Below, piece after piece: positions 1-9,384 of a DNA stretch of 33,873 nucleotides. The stretch is taken from NCBI GenBank assembly GCA_007122505.1, contig SKTQ01000041.1, positions 1 to 33,873 on the forward strand, in the 5' to 3' direction. Positions within the stretch are counted from its first letter, which is position 1. The number at the start of each line of letters is the position of its first letter. The notes under the pieces are model-generated. The model was not told the DNA's origin, did not search any database, and saw only the letters and a list, made by a program, of their open reading frames with translations. The stretch comes from Bacteroidales bacterium (GTDB lineage Bacteria; Bacteroidota; Bacteroidia; Bacteroidales; UBA7960). The position numbers and the translations under genes are program-made.

Positions 1-1179
1 ATTACCTTTGGTGGATTCATTAAAAGCGACTTCTTTTATGATTCCCGTCAGGCCGAATCCCTCCGGGAAGGGCATTTCCTTTTATGGCCTAAAAAACCTT
101 TATTTGATGAGGATAACAAAGATATTTACGATGCATCCAGTTTTAACTTCCTGTCGATCCAAACCCGCTTGAATTTTACGGTTACGGCACCTGAGTTTTT
201 TGGATTCAGAACTTACGGTCATGTGGAAGGAGCCTTTTTCGGGAATATTGAGTCAGATATAAACGGTTTTCGGTTGCGCCATGCTTTTGTAAGTTTTGAA
301 CGCAACAAAACAGAGCTTTTATTCGGACAGTTCTGGAACCCCATGCTTTTGCCGTTTTGCTTCCCTCATGTTGTTTCGTTTAATACGGGCAGCCCCTTTC
401 AGCCATTTTCAAGAAACCCACAGATACGCCTGACCCAAAAGGCAGGTGATTTCCGATTCATTGCTGCTGCTTTGTCGCAACGAGATTTTGCGAGTGTTGG
501 CCCCGACGGTCGCAGCTCCTCATACCTGCGCAACGCCGCCATGCCGGATATGCACATGCAGGTACACTACCATTACAACAAAGAACAATCGATGCCACAA
601 GTCATATTCGGGGGAGGCATTGCCTATAAAGAAATTGCTCCGTCACTCGTTACAACAAATAACTATATCACGGATGCTGCAGTAGCCGGTTTTTCATACA
701 TGGGATTTGCAAAGACAACTTTTGAGCATTTTACTGTAAATGTCCAATACCTGATGGGGCAAAACCTAACAGATTTGTTACAGATTGGAGGTTATGGGGT
801 CAGTAATATTGTTGATGAGGCCAAAGGTTTTGTGGAATATGCACCAATACGCACGCAAACATATTGGCTTGATATGTACACCAATGGACAAACCATACAA
901 GTTGGCCTTTTTATAGCCAGGTCAGAAAATATGGGCGCAACCAAAAACCTGGTTGAAGGAACAGCTGTAACCGGATTTGGAACAGATATCGGATCACTAT
1001 ATCGCATCTCACCGCGACTGATCATCAACTCCGGCAAAGCACGATTTGCGCTGGAATGTGAATATACAGCTGCAGCCTTTGGCACAGTAAACATTGCTGA
1101 AAACAGCAAAGGCATTCCGCTGAACACCGAAACGGTAAACAATCTTCGCTTATTACTTGGAGTGTATTTATTTCTTTAA
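1..1179 (+). CDS. Outer-membrane porin-like beta-barrel (DcaP-like), 5'-truncated by the window edge
   Basis: Frame 1 is open from base 1 (ITFGGFIKSDFFYDSRQ...). It has the FRLRHAF and LLFGQFW motifs typical of DcaP-type porins and an amphipathic C-terminal strand (LRLLLGVYLFL). Confidence 0.65.
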   Translation: MTFGGFIKSDFFYDSRQAESLREGHFLLWPKKPLFDEDNKDIYDASSFNFLSIQTRLNFTVTAPEFFGFRTYGHVEGAFFGNIESDINGFRLRHAFVSFERNKTELLFGQFWNPMLLPFCFPHVVSFNTGSPFQPFSRNPQIRLTQKAGDFRFIAAALSQRDFASVGPDGRSSSYLRNAAMPDMHMQVHYHYNKEQSMPQVIFGGGIAYKEIAPSLVTTNNYITDAAVAGFSYMGFAKTTFEHFTVNVQYLMGQNLTDLLQIGGYGVSNIVDEAKGFVEYAPIRTQTYWLDMYTNGQTIQVGLFIARSENMGATKNLVEGTAVTGFGTDIGSLYRISPRLIINSGKARFALECEYTAAAFGTVNIAENSKGIPLNTETVNNLRLLLGVYLFL

Positions 1180-1200
1180 TATTAGACAAGGAAGAAACAG

Positions 1201-1947
1201 ATGAAACTGGGGCTCATTTCAGATATCCATGAGGACATAGTCTCTTTGCAAAAAGGGCTTGACCTTCTGTATAAAGAGCATTGTGATCAGATCATTTGCC
1301 TCGGCGACATTATCGGTTTCAGCAACCCGTATTATCCATATGGTGATACAAAAGACGCAAATGCCTGCATTGACCTGGTAAGGAAACATTGCTCAATTGT
1401 CGTCCCGGGCAACCATGATCTTTTTTCCGTTGGCAGAATTCCTGAGTTTAATGCCGGTATTGAATATCCCGATGATTGGTTTAGTCTGGATATATCGGTC
1501 CGTTTGGATTTAATGAAAAATAAAATATGGCTCTATGAAAAAGAGATAATACCGGAATTGACCGAAGAAAACATGCAGTATTTACAATCTTTGGCCGAGC
1601 ACCGGGTGCTTCAGGTTGATGGTTTCAATGTCCTGTTTACACATTTCCTTTATCCTGACGTGTCAGGCTCTTTGCGCAAAAGAATTGATGATATCTATGA
1701 CTACAGAATGCATTTTTTGTTTATGCGGGAAAATAATTGTAAATTGTCATTTGCCGGTCACATGCATAAAGAAGGGTTTGAAGTGATCAATATGCAGGGC
1801 TACCGTGAGTATCGTTTCAAGAAAAAAAGGTTGCAAAAAACAGAGACATTTGTCGGTTTGCCTTCGCTGGCTTCCGGCAGAAATAGAAACGGAGTCGCAA
1901 TATTTGACACAGAAAGTTATGAACTCCATGCATTCAGAATAAAATAA
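1201..1947 (+). CDS. Calcineurin-like metallophosphoesterase
   Basis: All metal-binding motifs are present: SDIH, LGD, GNHD, FTH, GHMH. Confidence 0.9.
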   Translation: MKLGLISDIHEDIVSLQKGLDLLYKEHCDQIICLGDIIGFSNPYYPYGDTKDANACIDLVRKHCSIVVPGNHDLFSVGRIPEFNAGIEYPDDWFSLDISVRLDLMKNKIWLYEKEIIPELTEENMQYLQSLAEHRVLQVDGFNVLFTHFLYPDVSGSLRKRIDDIYDYRMHFLFMRENNCKLSFAGHMHKEGFEVINMQGYREYRFKKKRLQKTETFVGLPSLASGRNRNGVAIFDTESYELHAFRIK

Positions 1948-1958
1948 ATCTTCACCCC

Positions 1959-4418
1959 ATGAGAGATGTATTTTTTATAAAAATAATAGTGCCAGCAATC
2001 TTGATCATCGTGCTGTTTGTATTTTCATTCTACCTCATCTTTCTTCCCATGGTGGAAAGAGGTTTTATGGACAGAAAAAAGGAGATGATCATGGAGCTGA
2101 CCAATTCAGCGCTGAGCGTAATAGATGAATATTATCTCGAAATTGAAAGGGGGAATCTTACGGAAGAAGTTGCCAAAGAGATGGCCATCAACCGGATAAA
2201 GTATATTCGTTATGGAGATGAAGGAAAGGATTATTTCTGGATCACCAATATGGTACCTGAGATGATCATGCACCCTTTCAGAACAGACCTCAACGGAACA
2301 GACATCTCGGATTATACAGACCCGGAAGGCACCAGGCTTTTTTATGAAGCGGTGAGAAAAGTAAAAGACAACGGGGAAGGTTATATCGATTATTATTGGC
2401 AATGGAAGGATGATAGCACTCGAATTGTTCCGAAGCTCTCTTTTGTTAAAGGGTTTGAACCCTGGGGCTGGATTGTTGGGACGGGGATATATCTCGAGGA
2501 CGTGAATGAGGAAATAAAAGCCATTGGAGGCAGGCTTGTTCGCATAACCCTGGTCATCATACTGCTGATCGCCATAATCGTTTTTTATATCACCAGGCAG
2601 AGCCTTATCATTGAAAATAAACGGATCGATGCGGAGAAAGAACTAATTCAATCACAGTTGAAATATAAGATGCTGGTAGAGGCATCTTCTGACAGCACCC
2701 TGATGTGGCTGGACGGAAAGCTGATCTATTACAATCAACCCATTCTGCGCCAGACAGGATATTCAGCCGGGGAGCTTTTGAAAAAGCAAATGGATGATCT
2801 TTTTACTATTCAGGATGAGTCTGTTAACGCCTTTTGTGATCGTGTAGATCAAAGCCGGAATACAGAAGCGATGCTTCGCACCAAAAGCGGAAAAGAAATT
2901 AGCGTTGTGATTACAATATCCAATATAGAGATCAGTGGGAAACGCGGTTTTATTTTTATCATTAAAGACGTAACCAGGCATTTGCTGCGTGACAGGTCTG
3001 AACAGATGCTGGAGGAAGAGTTAAGAACTGCTCTGACAATTATGAATGCTTCTGTGAATCTTTTTCTGCGTGAACCGGAAACTATTGACATGGATATGTC
3101 TGTTGAAGATGCCGGTATTCTGATGATAAGAAAACAAACAGACCTGCTTTTTGTGACGAAAAACGCAAAAGATATAGTAGGGGTAATTACCGGTGATGCA
3201 TTAATTGTGGAAGTATTGGGCACCAATACAGGTCTAAACCGAAAAGTTTTCAGCATCATGAGGTCTCCGGTGCATTTTGTTGATGAAAAGGCGTTGCTTT
3301 TTGAAGCTTTGCTGCTCATGGAGAAATGGCGCACCGAATATTTGACCGTTAAAAATGAAAAAAATCAGACGAGTGGTTATATTACAAAGCAGGATCTGTG
3401 TGAGGCCCAGCAAAATGTGTCCATGCTTTTGGTAAAAAGAATAGAAAAAGCTGAGTTGATTGGGCAACTTCAGGGTTTGTATGATAAACTGCCCGGAATA
3501 TTGTCATTGCTGCTTAGTTCTGACTCACAATCCAGAAATGTGGCACGCATATCAACGGTTATTTCGGATGCCATTGCGAGCCGCGTTATTGAACTCCTTA
3601 TTGAGAAAACTGGTCCTCCACCGGTAAAATTTGCATTTGTAGCCCTGGGAAGCGATGGGAGGGAGGAACAAACCCTGAAAACCGACCAGGATAATGCCAT
3701 CATATTCCAGGGTCAGCACAAAGAAGAAGTGCATACATATTTTCTTGATCTGGCCAAAAAAATAAACAAATGGCTGAATGAGATCGGTTATGAGTTTTGT
3801 AAAGGTAAAGTGATGGCCAGTAATCCTAAGTGGTGTCAGCCAATTTCACAATGGAAAGAATATTTCAGAGAATGGGTTGAAAACAGTGATCCGGAAAGCA
3901 TCCTGGATACTTCAATCTTTTTTGACATGCGCTTTGTGTATGGAGAGCCATCGCTTGTATCTGAGCTAAAAGACGAGATTAAGAAAACAACAGATGCAAA
4001 AGCTGTATTTTTCTCTCATCTGGCACAGTCAGTGCATCGTACGAAACCGGTTGCTTTTTCTGAAAAACTGGAATCAATTGACATTAAAAGAGCCATGCTG
4101 CCCATTGTCGGTTTTGCCCGTGTGTATGCTTTAAAAAACAAATTGAGTGAAACCAATACAGTATTCAGGCTAAGAGGTATAACAGCTTCCGAAAAGATAA
4201 ACCCCTCATTCATTCAGGAAATCATCAATGCTTATGAATACCTGATGTATTTGAGGTTCAGATTCCAAACAAAAAAGATTCAGAACAATGATGCCCCCGA
4301 CAATAATCTTTATTTGGCGTCATTAAGCAATATAGAAAAAGCTACATTGAAGGCCGCTCTGAATGAGATTACAGAGATATACGCACAACTTGGGTTTGAC
4401 TTTGAAGCCAATGTGTAA
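1959..4418 (+). CDS. Membrane sensor: TM-sCache_2-TM-PAS-CBS pair-DUF294 nucleotidyltransferase-DUF294_C
   Basis: Two TM helices flank a Cache domain (YFWI..MIMHP, GYIDYYW, KLSFV..FEPWGWIVGTGIY). A PAS-like segment and CBS repeats follow, then the NTase signature GSDGREEQTLKTDQDNA, G.VMASNPKW and IFFDMRFVYG. Confidence 0.85.
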   Translation: MRDVFFIKIIVPAILIIVLFVFSFYLIFLPMVERGFMDRKKEMIMELTNSALSVIDEYYLEIERGNLTEEVAKEMAINRIKYIRYGDEGKDYFWITNMVPEMIMHPFRTDLNGTDISDYTDPEGTRLFYEAVRKVKDNGEGYIDYYWQWKDDSTRIVPKLSFVKGFEPWGWIVGTGIYLEDVNEEIKAIGGRLVRITLVIILLIAIIVFYITRQSLIIENKRIDAEKELIQSQLKYKMLVEASSDSTLMWLDGKLIYYNQPILRQTGYSAGELLKKQMDDLFTIQDESVNAFCDRVDQSRNTEAMLRTKSGKEISVVITISNIEISGKRGFIFIIKDVTRHLLRDRSEQMLEEELRTALTIMNASVNLFLREPETIDMDMSVEDAGILMIRKQTDLLFVTKNAKDIVGVITGDALIVEVLGTNTGLNRKVFSIMRSPVHFVDEKALLFEALLLMEKWRTEYLTVKNEKNQTSGYITKQDLCEAQQNVSMLLVKRIEKAELIGQLQGLYDKLPGILSLLLSSDSQSRNVARISTVISDAIASRVIELLIEKTGPPPVKFAFVALGSDGREEQTLKTDQDNAIIFQGQHKEEVHTYFLDLAKKINKWLNEIGYEFCKGKVMASNPKWCQPISQWKEYFREWVENSDPESILDTSIFFDMRFVYGEPSLVSELKDEIKKTTDAKAVFFSHLAQSVHRTKPVAFSEKLESIDIKRAMLPIVGFARVYALKNKLSETNTVFRLRGITASEKINPSFIQEIINAYEYLMYLRFRFQTKKIQNNDAPDNNLYLASLSNIEKATLKAALNEITEIYAQLGFDFEANV

Positions 4419-4555
4419 ATTCTCAACTTCTTTGTCCGGTTGCAATGTTCGCAATCGCAAAGCCGATCGGTTATCCCCCCGGTTAGTTTGATTTACACCA
4501 TGAGGTTCATTGGTTGCGCACGGCAAAAAGGGCAGGATTGTTTCAATGAATGATC

Positions 4556-5608
4556 CTAGCGTTTCTGTGCCGGTTGGGTACCCTGGCTGGGGTCGTTGAC
4601 CAAACGCTCCGGCAAAAAGCCAGGAGGGTATTTTGTGACAAAATCATTTCCGAAAAGCCGGTTGTGGATCTGGGTGTTTTTGTAAATATCCCAGTCAAAC
4701 TTGCCATGTTTGCGAAAATACATAGTAATGCCCGAAGACGTCATCACAATAAAAGTGGAATAAAGGATGGCGAGCCACAGCATCTGGCTTTGTACCGGTT
4801 CGTTGAAGCTCAACAGGATGATGGCAAAAGAAACCGGTCCGTTCTGTATCCCGGTTTCCAGTGAAATAGCCCGCTGAAAAATGGGCTTCATCCCGATCAG
4901 TCGCGAAAACCAGTAACCGAAAAAGAAGCCGGCCATACCCAGGCCAATGGTTGCTATATATACCGTGACGGGTGTTTGCAGAAAAAGGCCGCCGTGCCTT
5001 ACAAATGCAGTCAGAATGAGATACAGGATCACAATCACAGCCAAAAACCCGGCCGTGTCTTCCATTGTTTTGGCCCAGCCCGGCGATTTCTTCCTCAGGA
5101 TCATACCCATGATCACCGGCACCAGTACCAGCACAAGCGAGCTGATAATGTTCCCGGTCGGAATAACAAATTCAGTCTCCGCACCAGCGGCACGCATGTC
5201 GGCAGTCAGCTGACTGGTAAAGCCAACTGTGTAGAGACTCAAAATGATGGGCATCATGAACAAAGCCATTACCGTTGAGGCGGTTGTCATGGAAATACTT
5301 AGTGCTACCGATCCTCTTGAAAAATAAGTAAACATATTGGAGGTAGTCCCCCCCGGCAAGCATCCGATCAGTATCAGTGAAATGGCAAAAGCAGGGTGCA
5401 ATTTCAGGATAATGGAGAGACCAAGTGCGATAAGTGGCATCAGGCCAAATTGGGACAGAAAACCGGTTAAAACCCCTTTCGGACTCCGGGCCACCGCCCT
5501 GAAATCATCCACCGTAAGGCTTGCTCCCATCCCAAGCATAATGATAAAAATCATCAATGCCAGCAATATCTGGTCCTGTGCATACAACAATTGTGATGGA
5601 AATTCCAT
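4556..5608 (-). CDS. Bile acid:sodium symporter (BASS/SBF) family transporter
   Basis: Motifs MLGMGASL, QFGLMPL, CLPGGTTSN and SLETGIQN; multi-TM profile. Confidence 0.9.
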   Translation of the reverse strand: MEFPSQLLYAQDQILLALMIFIIMLGMGASLTVDDFRAVARSPKGVLTGFLSQFGLMPLIALGLSIILKLHPAFAISLILIGCLPGGTTSNMFTYFSRGSVALSISMTTASTVMALFMMPIILSLYTVGFTSQLTADMRAAGAETEFVIPTGNIISSLVLVLVPVIMGMILRKKSPGWAKTMEDTAGFLAVIVILYLILTAFVRHGGLFLQTPVTVYIATIGLGMAGFFFGYWFSRLIGMKPIFQRAISLETGIQNGPVSFAIILLSFNEPVQSQMLWLAILYSTFIVMTSSGITMYFRKHGKFDWDIYKNTQIHNRLFGNDFVTKYPPGFLPERLVNDPSQGTQPAQKR

Positions 5609-5614
5609 GTTTGC

Positions 5615-7555
5615 TTATTTTTTTGGTGAGTGGTTGCTGTATATATCGTTAATTAAGTCTCCGTATTTTTCAGAAACGATATGGCGCTTAATTTTGAAGA
5701 GATTGGTGAGCTCCTTTCCTACTTCAAATTTTTCCGGTAGCAGCCGGAAATCACCAATTCGCTCATAGTTTTTAAACCCCGAAGCGGGGGAAATCAATCG
5801 CCGGATCTCTTTTTTCATGAGCTCTTTCGCTTCCGGAATTTGAACCAGCTCTTGAAGAGATCTGTGTTTTATACCGTTTTTGACAAATTCACAACCATTT
5901 AGCACTACCAGAAGCCCCAGAAACTTTTTGTCCTGTCCTACCACCATGCATTGGTCAATGTACTTGCTTTGCTGCAGATGCATCTCCATGGGCTCGGGTT
6001 CCACATTTTCGCCGCTGGAAAGGACAATGGTGGCTTTCGAGCGCCCCAGTATTTTTAGGCAGTCGTTATAGGTAATCATGCCGAGATCGCCGGTGTGGAA
6101 CCAGCCGTCCCGGATCGCAATTTCAGTGAGGTTTTTTTCTTTGTAATACCCCTTCATAACCTGTGGGCCACGAACCAGTATTTCCCCGCGTTTGCCCCGT
6201 CCTCCAAACTCACATGCTGGATCAGGAAAAAGGGTTTCCCCCGTTTCCGGATCAACAATGCGCAGCTCGGTCTCTTTAATGGGCGGGCCAACCGTGCCGA
6301 CAACAAGGTTAAGCTTGGGACGTACCGATATTACCGGCGATGTCTCTGTCAAACCATAACCTTCAAGAACCGGAATGCCCACATAATTAAAAAACTTGTC
6401 GATATGGATGGGGAGTGCCCCTCCACCCGAGATGGTAGCTGCCAGGGAACCTCCGGCACCCAGGCGGATGCGCTCCAGCACGGCAGCATTAAAAAAGCCG
6501 TACCACGGCAGCACCACTATCCATCGCAAAACGTGAAAGGGCATCAATAGCGATCGCTTCCAGGCAGGCTGCCTTTTAAGTTTCAAGTCTTTATTTGTGA
6601 TGAAGTATTCTGAATTTTTGTATTGTTTTGCCAGGAAGTAGGCAATTTTGAATAGCAATCGCCTGACCGGATGCGACTTTTTGATGTTGGCCAAAATCTT
6701 TTCATGTATCTTTTCCCATAGCCTTGGTGCCGAAGCCATAAACGTGGGCTCCACATTCTGCATATCTTCGCTGAGGGTAATGATTCCCGAATAGTAGGTG
6801 CACCCGCCAAAACTGATGGTGTACATCTCTATGATCCGTTCAAAAACATGCCAGATAGGCAAGACAGACAGGGTGCGGTCTGTGCAGTTGTGGTGTCCCG
6901 GCAGGTTACGGATCTGCGACATCATGTTGTCATGGGTGAGCATCACCCCTTTCGGTGTTCCTGTGGTGCCTGATGTATAAATCAGTGTAAACAGGTCGTC
7001 GGGCCTGATCCCCGCAATCCTTTCTTCCGCCTTTCGATCACCCCGGTTTCGCAGTTCCTCGCCTTTATGGCAAATGTCTTGCATACGCAACACACCTTCC
7101 GGGGGCTCTGCAGCAGGATCCAGCATCACGATATGCCGGAGCGCGGGCAGTTCCTCCTGCAGCTTAAGCAAACGAATGGCAAGCTGCTTAGTTTCGGCAA
7201 AACAGAATGTGATACCTGCATGATCGACGATGTATTTCAACTCCGCATCCGATACATCCCTGCCGCGGGGAACATCAGCAGCACCACAAAGCTGCACGCC
7301 ATAGTCGGCAAGTATCCATTCGTAGCGGTTGTCGCCGAAAAGACCCACATGATCACGCGCTTTCACACCATAAGCGATAAGTCCTGTGGCCAGGTTCAGC
7401 CCCTGCCGGTAAAGCTCTTTATAGGTTACGGGTTGCCACTCTTGTGCAGACTTCCTTGTGGCAAAGGCCGGCATATCATCAAAGCGCTTCGCCGCTTCGC
7501 CGTAGAGCAGCGCAAGATTGTCTGCTTCTGTGCGTTCAAATCTGGCATATTCCAT
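5615..7555 (-). CDS. fadD: Long-chain fatty acid--CoA ligase (AMP-binding)
   Basis: Motifs YTSGTTGTPKG, EGYGLTE, GWFHTGDLG and GENVEP. It ends 6 bp before the BASS gene, consistent with an operon. Confidence 0.85.
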   Translation of the reverse strand: MEYARFERTEADNLALLYGEAAKRFDDMPAFATRKSAQEWQPVTYKELYRQGLNLATGLIAYGVKARDHVGLFGDNRYEWILADYGVQLCGAADVPRGRDVSDAELKYIVDHAGITFCFAETKQLAIRLLKLQEELPALRHIVMLDPAAEPPEGVLRMQDICHKGEELRNRGDRKAEERIAGIRPDDLFTLIYTSGTTGTPKGVMLTHDNMMSQIRNLPGHHNCTDRTLSVLPIWHVFERIIEMYTISFGGCTYYSGIITLSEDMQNVEPTFMASAPRLWEKIHEKILANIKKSHPVRRLLFKIAYFLAKQYKNSEYFITNKDLKLKRQPAWKRSLLMPFHVLRWIVVLPWYGFFNAAVLERIRLGAGGSLAATISGGGALPIHIDKFFNYVGIPVLEGYGLTETSPVISVRPKLNLVVGTVGPPIKETELRIVDPETGETLFPDPACEFGGRGKRGEILVRGPQVMKGYYKEKNLTEIAIRDGWFHTGDLGMITYNDCLKILGRSKATIVLSSGENVEPEPMEMHLQQSKYIDQCMVVGQDKKFLGLLVVLNGCEFVKNGIKHRSLQELVQIPEAKELMKKEIRRLISPASGFKNYERIGDFRLLPEKFEVGKELTNLFKIKRHIVSEKYGDLINDIYSNHSPKK

Positions 7556-7594
7556 AGAGGTATGTGTATATGTAAGTACCAGTTAATCAGGTCG

Positions 7595-7602
7595 CAAATA
7601 TA
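7595..7602 (-). promoter_or_regulatory. Bacteroidota -7 promoter box (TATATTTG) for the fadD-BASS operon
   Basis: Matches TAnnTTTG about 40 bp upstream of the ATG. Confidence 0.55.
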
Positions 7603-7858
7603 CAACTATTTTAAATAAACATTCAAGAATTGTTAAATTTTTTTTAAGATTTTTTTTAAAAATCATTCTTAAAAATAAAATGAAAATATTTGCCGGTCAG
7701 ATTCGGATGCAATGTATCCTAAATGCATCGTTCAACTGCTTTTGAAACGGGCCAATACATTCAACGGGCGAGTAAGGGAAAGCGGCGTTCGGTCGCATTC
7801 ACCGTTACAAAAATTGAGGCGGGGAAGAAACCAGCAAAACCACTGAAAGCCTTATTGG

Positions 7859-8161
7859 TTATACTACTTGCTGTGGTGCTTTTATTTTTATCTTTGTCAA
7901 TATATCTTGCTTGTCTTTTTTCTCTTCTTCAATATCATAATCATCCTGAAGGCCAAGCCAAAACTTTGCAGTAGTTCCAAAATATGACGAAAATCTCAGG
8001 GCTGTATCAGCAGTTATTCTCCTTTTACCTTTAATAATCTGTGAAACACGAGTCTGTGGTATTTCGGTATCCTTTGATAATCTGTACGCAGTTATTGAAA
8101 GAGGACGTAAAAACTCCTCAAGTAAAATCTCTCCGGGATGTATATTTGCTAATCTGTTCAT
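7859..8161 (-). CDS. higA: HigA family antitoxin (Xre HTH)
   Basis: IHPGEILLEEFL...KRRITADTALRF...FWLGLQDDYD. Confidence 0.95.
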   Translation of the reverse strand: MNRLANIHPGEILLEEFLRPLSITAYRLSKDTEIPQTRVSQIIKGKRRITADTALRFSSYFGTTAKFWLGLQDDYDIEEEKKDKQDILTKIKIKAPQQVV

Positions 8162-8179
8162 TATTAATCCTCCAATTAT

Positions 8180-8455
8180 TTAATGATAATCTGTTATCTC
8201 AACATCGTGTGCATTATTATCAATCCAACGAAATACAATTCTCCATTGGTCATTGACCCTGATGCTATAAAACTCGGAACCTCTTAATTTCTCAAGCCTG
8301 TTGGATGGTGGAATTTTCAAATCAGTCCAATTTTGAGAATTGTTGATCATCCTTAATTTTCTTCTTCCAATCTGCTGTATCTCAAACGGTATCTTTTTTA
8401 CTCGTTCTCCATTCCAAATTTTCCCGGTATCCCTTGAACCAAATGATACAATCAT
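8180..8455 (-). CDS. higB: HigB/RelE-ParE family toxin
   Basis: MIVSF...PPSNRLEKLRG...YSIRVNDQWRIVFRW...VEITDYH; toxin-before-antitoxin gene order. Confidence 0.95.
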   Translation of the reverse strand: MIVSFGSRDTGKIWNGERVKKIPFEIQQIGRRKLRMINNSQNWTDLKIPPSNRLEKLRGSEFYSIRVNDQWRIVFRWIDNNAHDVEITDYH

Positions 8456-8479
8456 ATTCTCGTTTTATGATACTAACGT

Positions 8480-8487
8480 CAAAGATA
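8480..8487 (-). promoter_or_regulatory. -7 promoter box (TATCTTTG) for higBA
   Basis: TAnnTTTG about 25 bp upstream of the higB ATG. Confidence 0.5.
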
Positions 8488-8597
8488 AGCATTTTGTAGC
8501 GAATTATCAAATAATTCTCAGGATGTTAAATTTTTTAATCTCCATTAGATAATGTACCTACCTGTAAGGACTCACAATTATTTTGAAATCTCAGAAA

Positions 8598-8622
8598 TAG
8601 TATATACTTTTGTGATATACTA
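8598..8622 (+). promoter_or_regulatory. Probable autoregulatory operator overlapping the -7 box of the antitoxin-mazF operon
   Basis: Inverted repeat TAGTATAT-N9-ATATACTA overlaps TACTTTTG (8605-8612), 12 bp before the ATG at 8635. Confidence 0.6.
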
Positions 8623-8634
8623 ATTATAAATATT

Positions 8635-8868
8635 ATGAAAACACTCTCTCTTAAGCTAGACGAAGTTGTGTACAAAGAAACCGAGCAGCTTTTAGAAAAA
8701 ATCAAAAAGCCTAGAAATCGTTATATCAACGAGGCTCTTAGCTATTATAATCGTCTTCAGAAAAGAAAACTGATCGCTAACCAATTAGCGGCAGAGTCAA
8801 AAGTTGTGAGTGTGGATTCAATGGCCATTCTCTCTGAATTCGAAAAACTTGAAGGTCATGAAAGCTAA
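8635..8868 (+). CDS. Putative antitoxin (RHH-like N-terminus) of the MazF/PemK toxin
   Basis: 77 aa with an RHH-like pattern (MKTLSLKLDE...PRNRYINEAL) and an acidic C-terminus. It overlaps the toxin start. Confidence 0.75.
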   Translation: MKTLSLKLDEVVYKETEQLLEKIKKPRNRYINEALSYYNRLQKRKLIANQLAAESKVVSVDSMAILSEFEKLEGHES

Positions 8869-9205
8869 GCAGTTTGAAGTTTGGCTGGCAAACCTTGATC
8901 CAAGTTTTGGCACCGAAGCTGGGAAAACAAGGCCGGTTCTGGTTGTACAAACGGATTTATTGAATAAGATTCACCCATCCACCTTAATTTGTCCAATTAC
9001 AACGAATGTTTATCCGGAAAGCCGGATACTGAGGGTCAATATAAAAAAGGGTGTTGCGCATGTAAAAGAAGATTGTGCTATAATGATCGACCAATTGCGG
9101 GCAATTGACAACAAAAGATTATTTAAAAAAATTGGCAAGGTGCCTGGTGGTATATCAGATAAGGTAAAAGAGAACCTGAAGATAATCCTTGAGTTGGATG
9201 AATAA
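8858..9205 (+). CDS. mazF: MazF/PemK family endoribonuclease toxin
   Basis: VWLANLDPSFGTEAGKTRPVLVVQ...CPITT...DQLRAIDNKRL. Start placed at ATG 8858, coupled to the antitoxin. Confidence 0.92.
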   Translation: MKAKQFEVWLANLDPSFGTEAGKTRPVLVVQTDLLNKIHPSTLICPITTNVYPESRILRVNIKKGVAHVKEDCAIMIDQLRAIDNKRLFKKIGKVPGGISDKVKENLKIILELDE

Positions 9206-9384
9206 GTCGCGAGACGCTGATAAAGTGGCTTAACCAAGAGGGTTTCACTGTTATTCAAAGCGATGTAAACCGTATAAACAATTGCAGATGTTGAAAAGAT
9301 GTTGTCCAAAGGGATCAGACCATTACCCTTTTCATCTGTTTATAATTTTGTAACTATTAGTTTTTTAGACTTTTGTGATTTATT

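Noticed and set aside
9198-9293. HicA-like fragment after mazF (ETLIKWLNQEGFTVIQS)
   Set aside because: It needs a frameshift, lacks the GSH motif and is too short to support.
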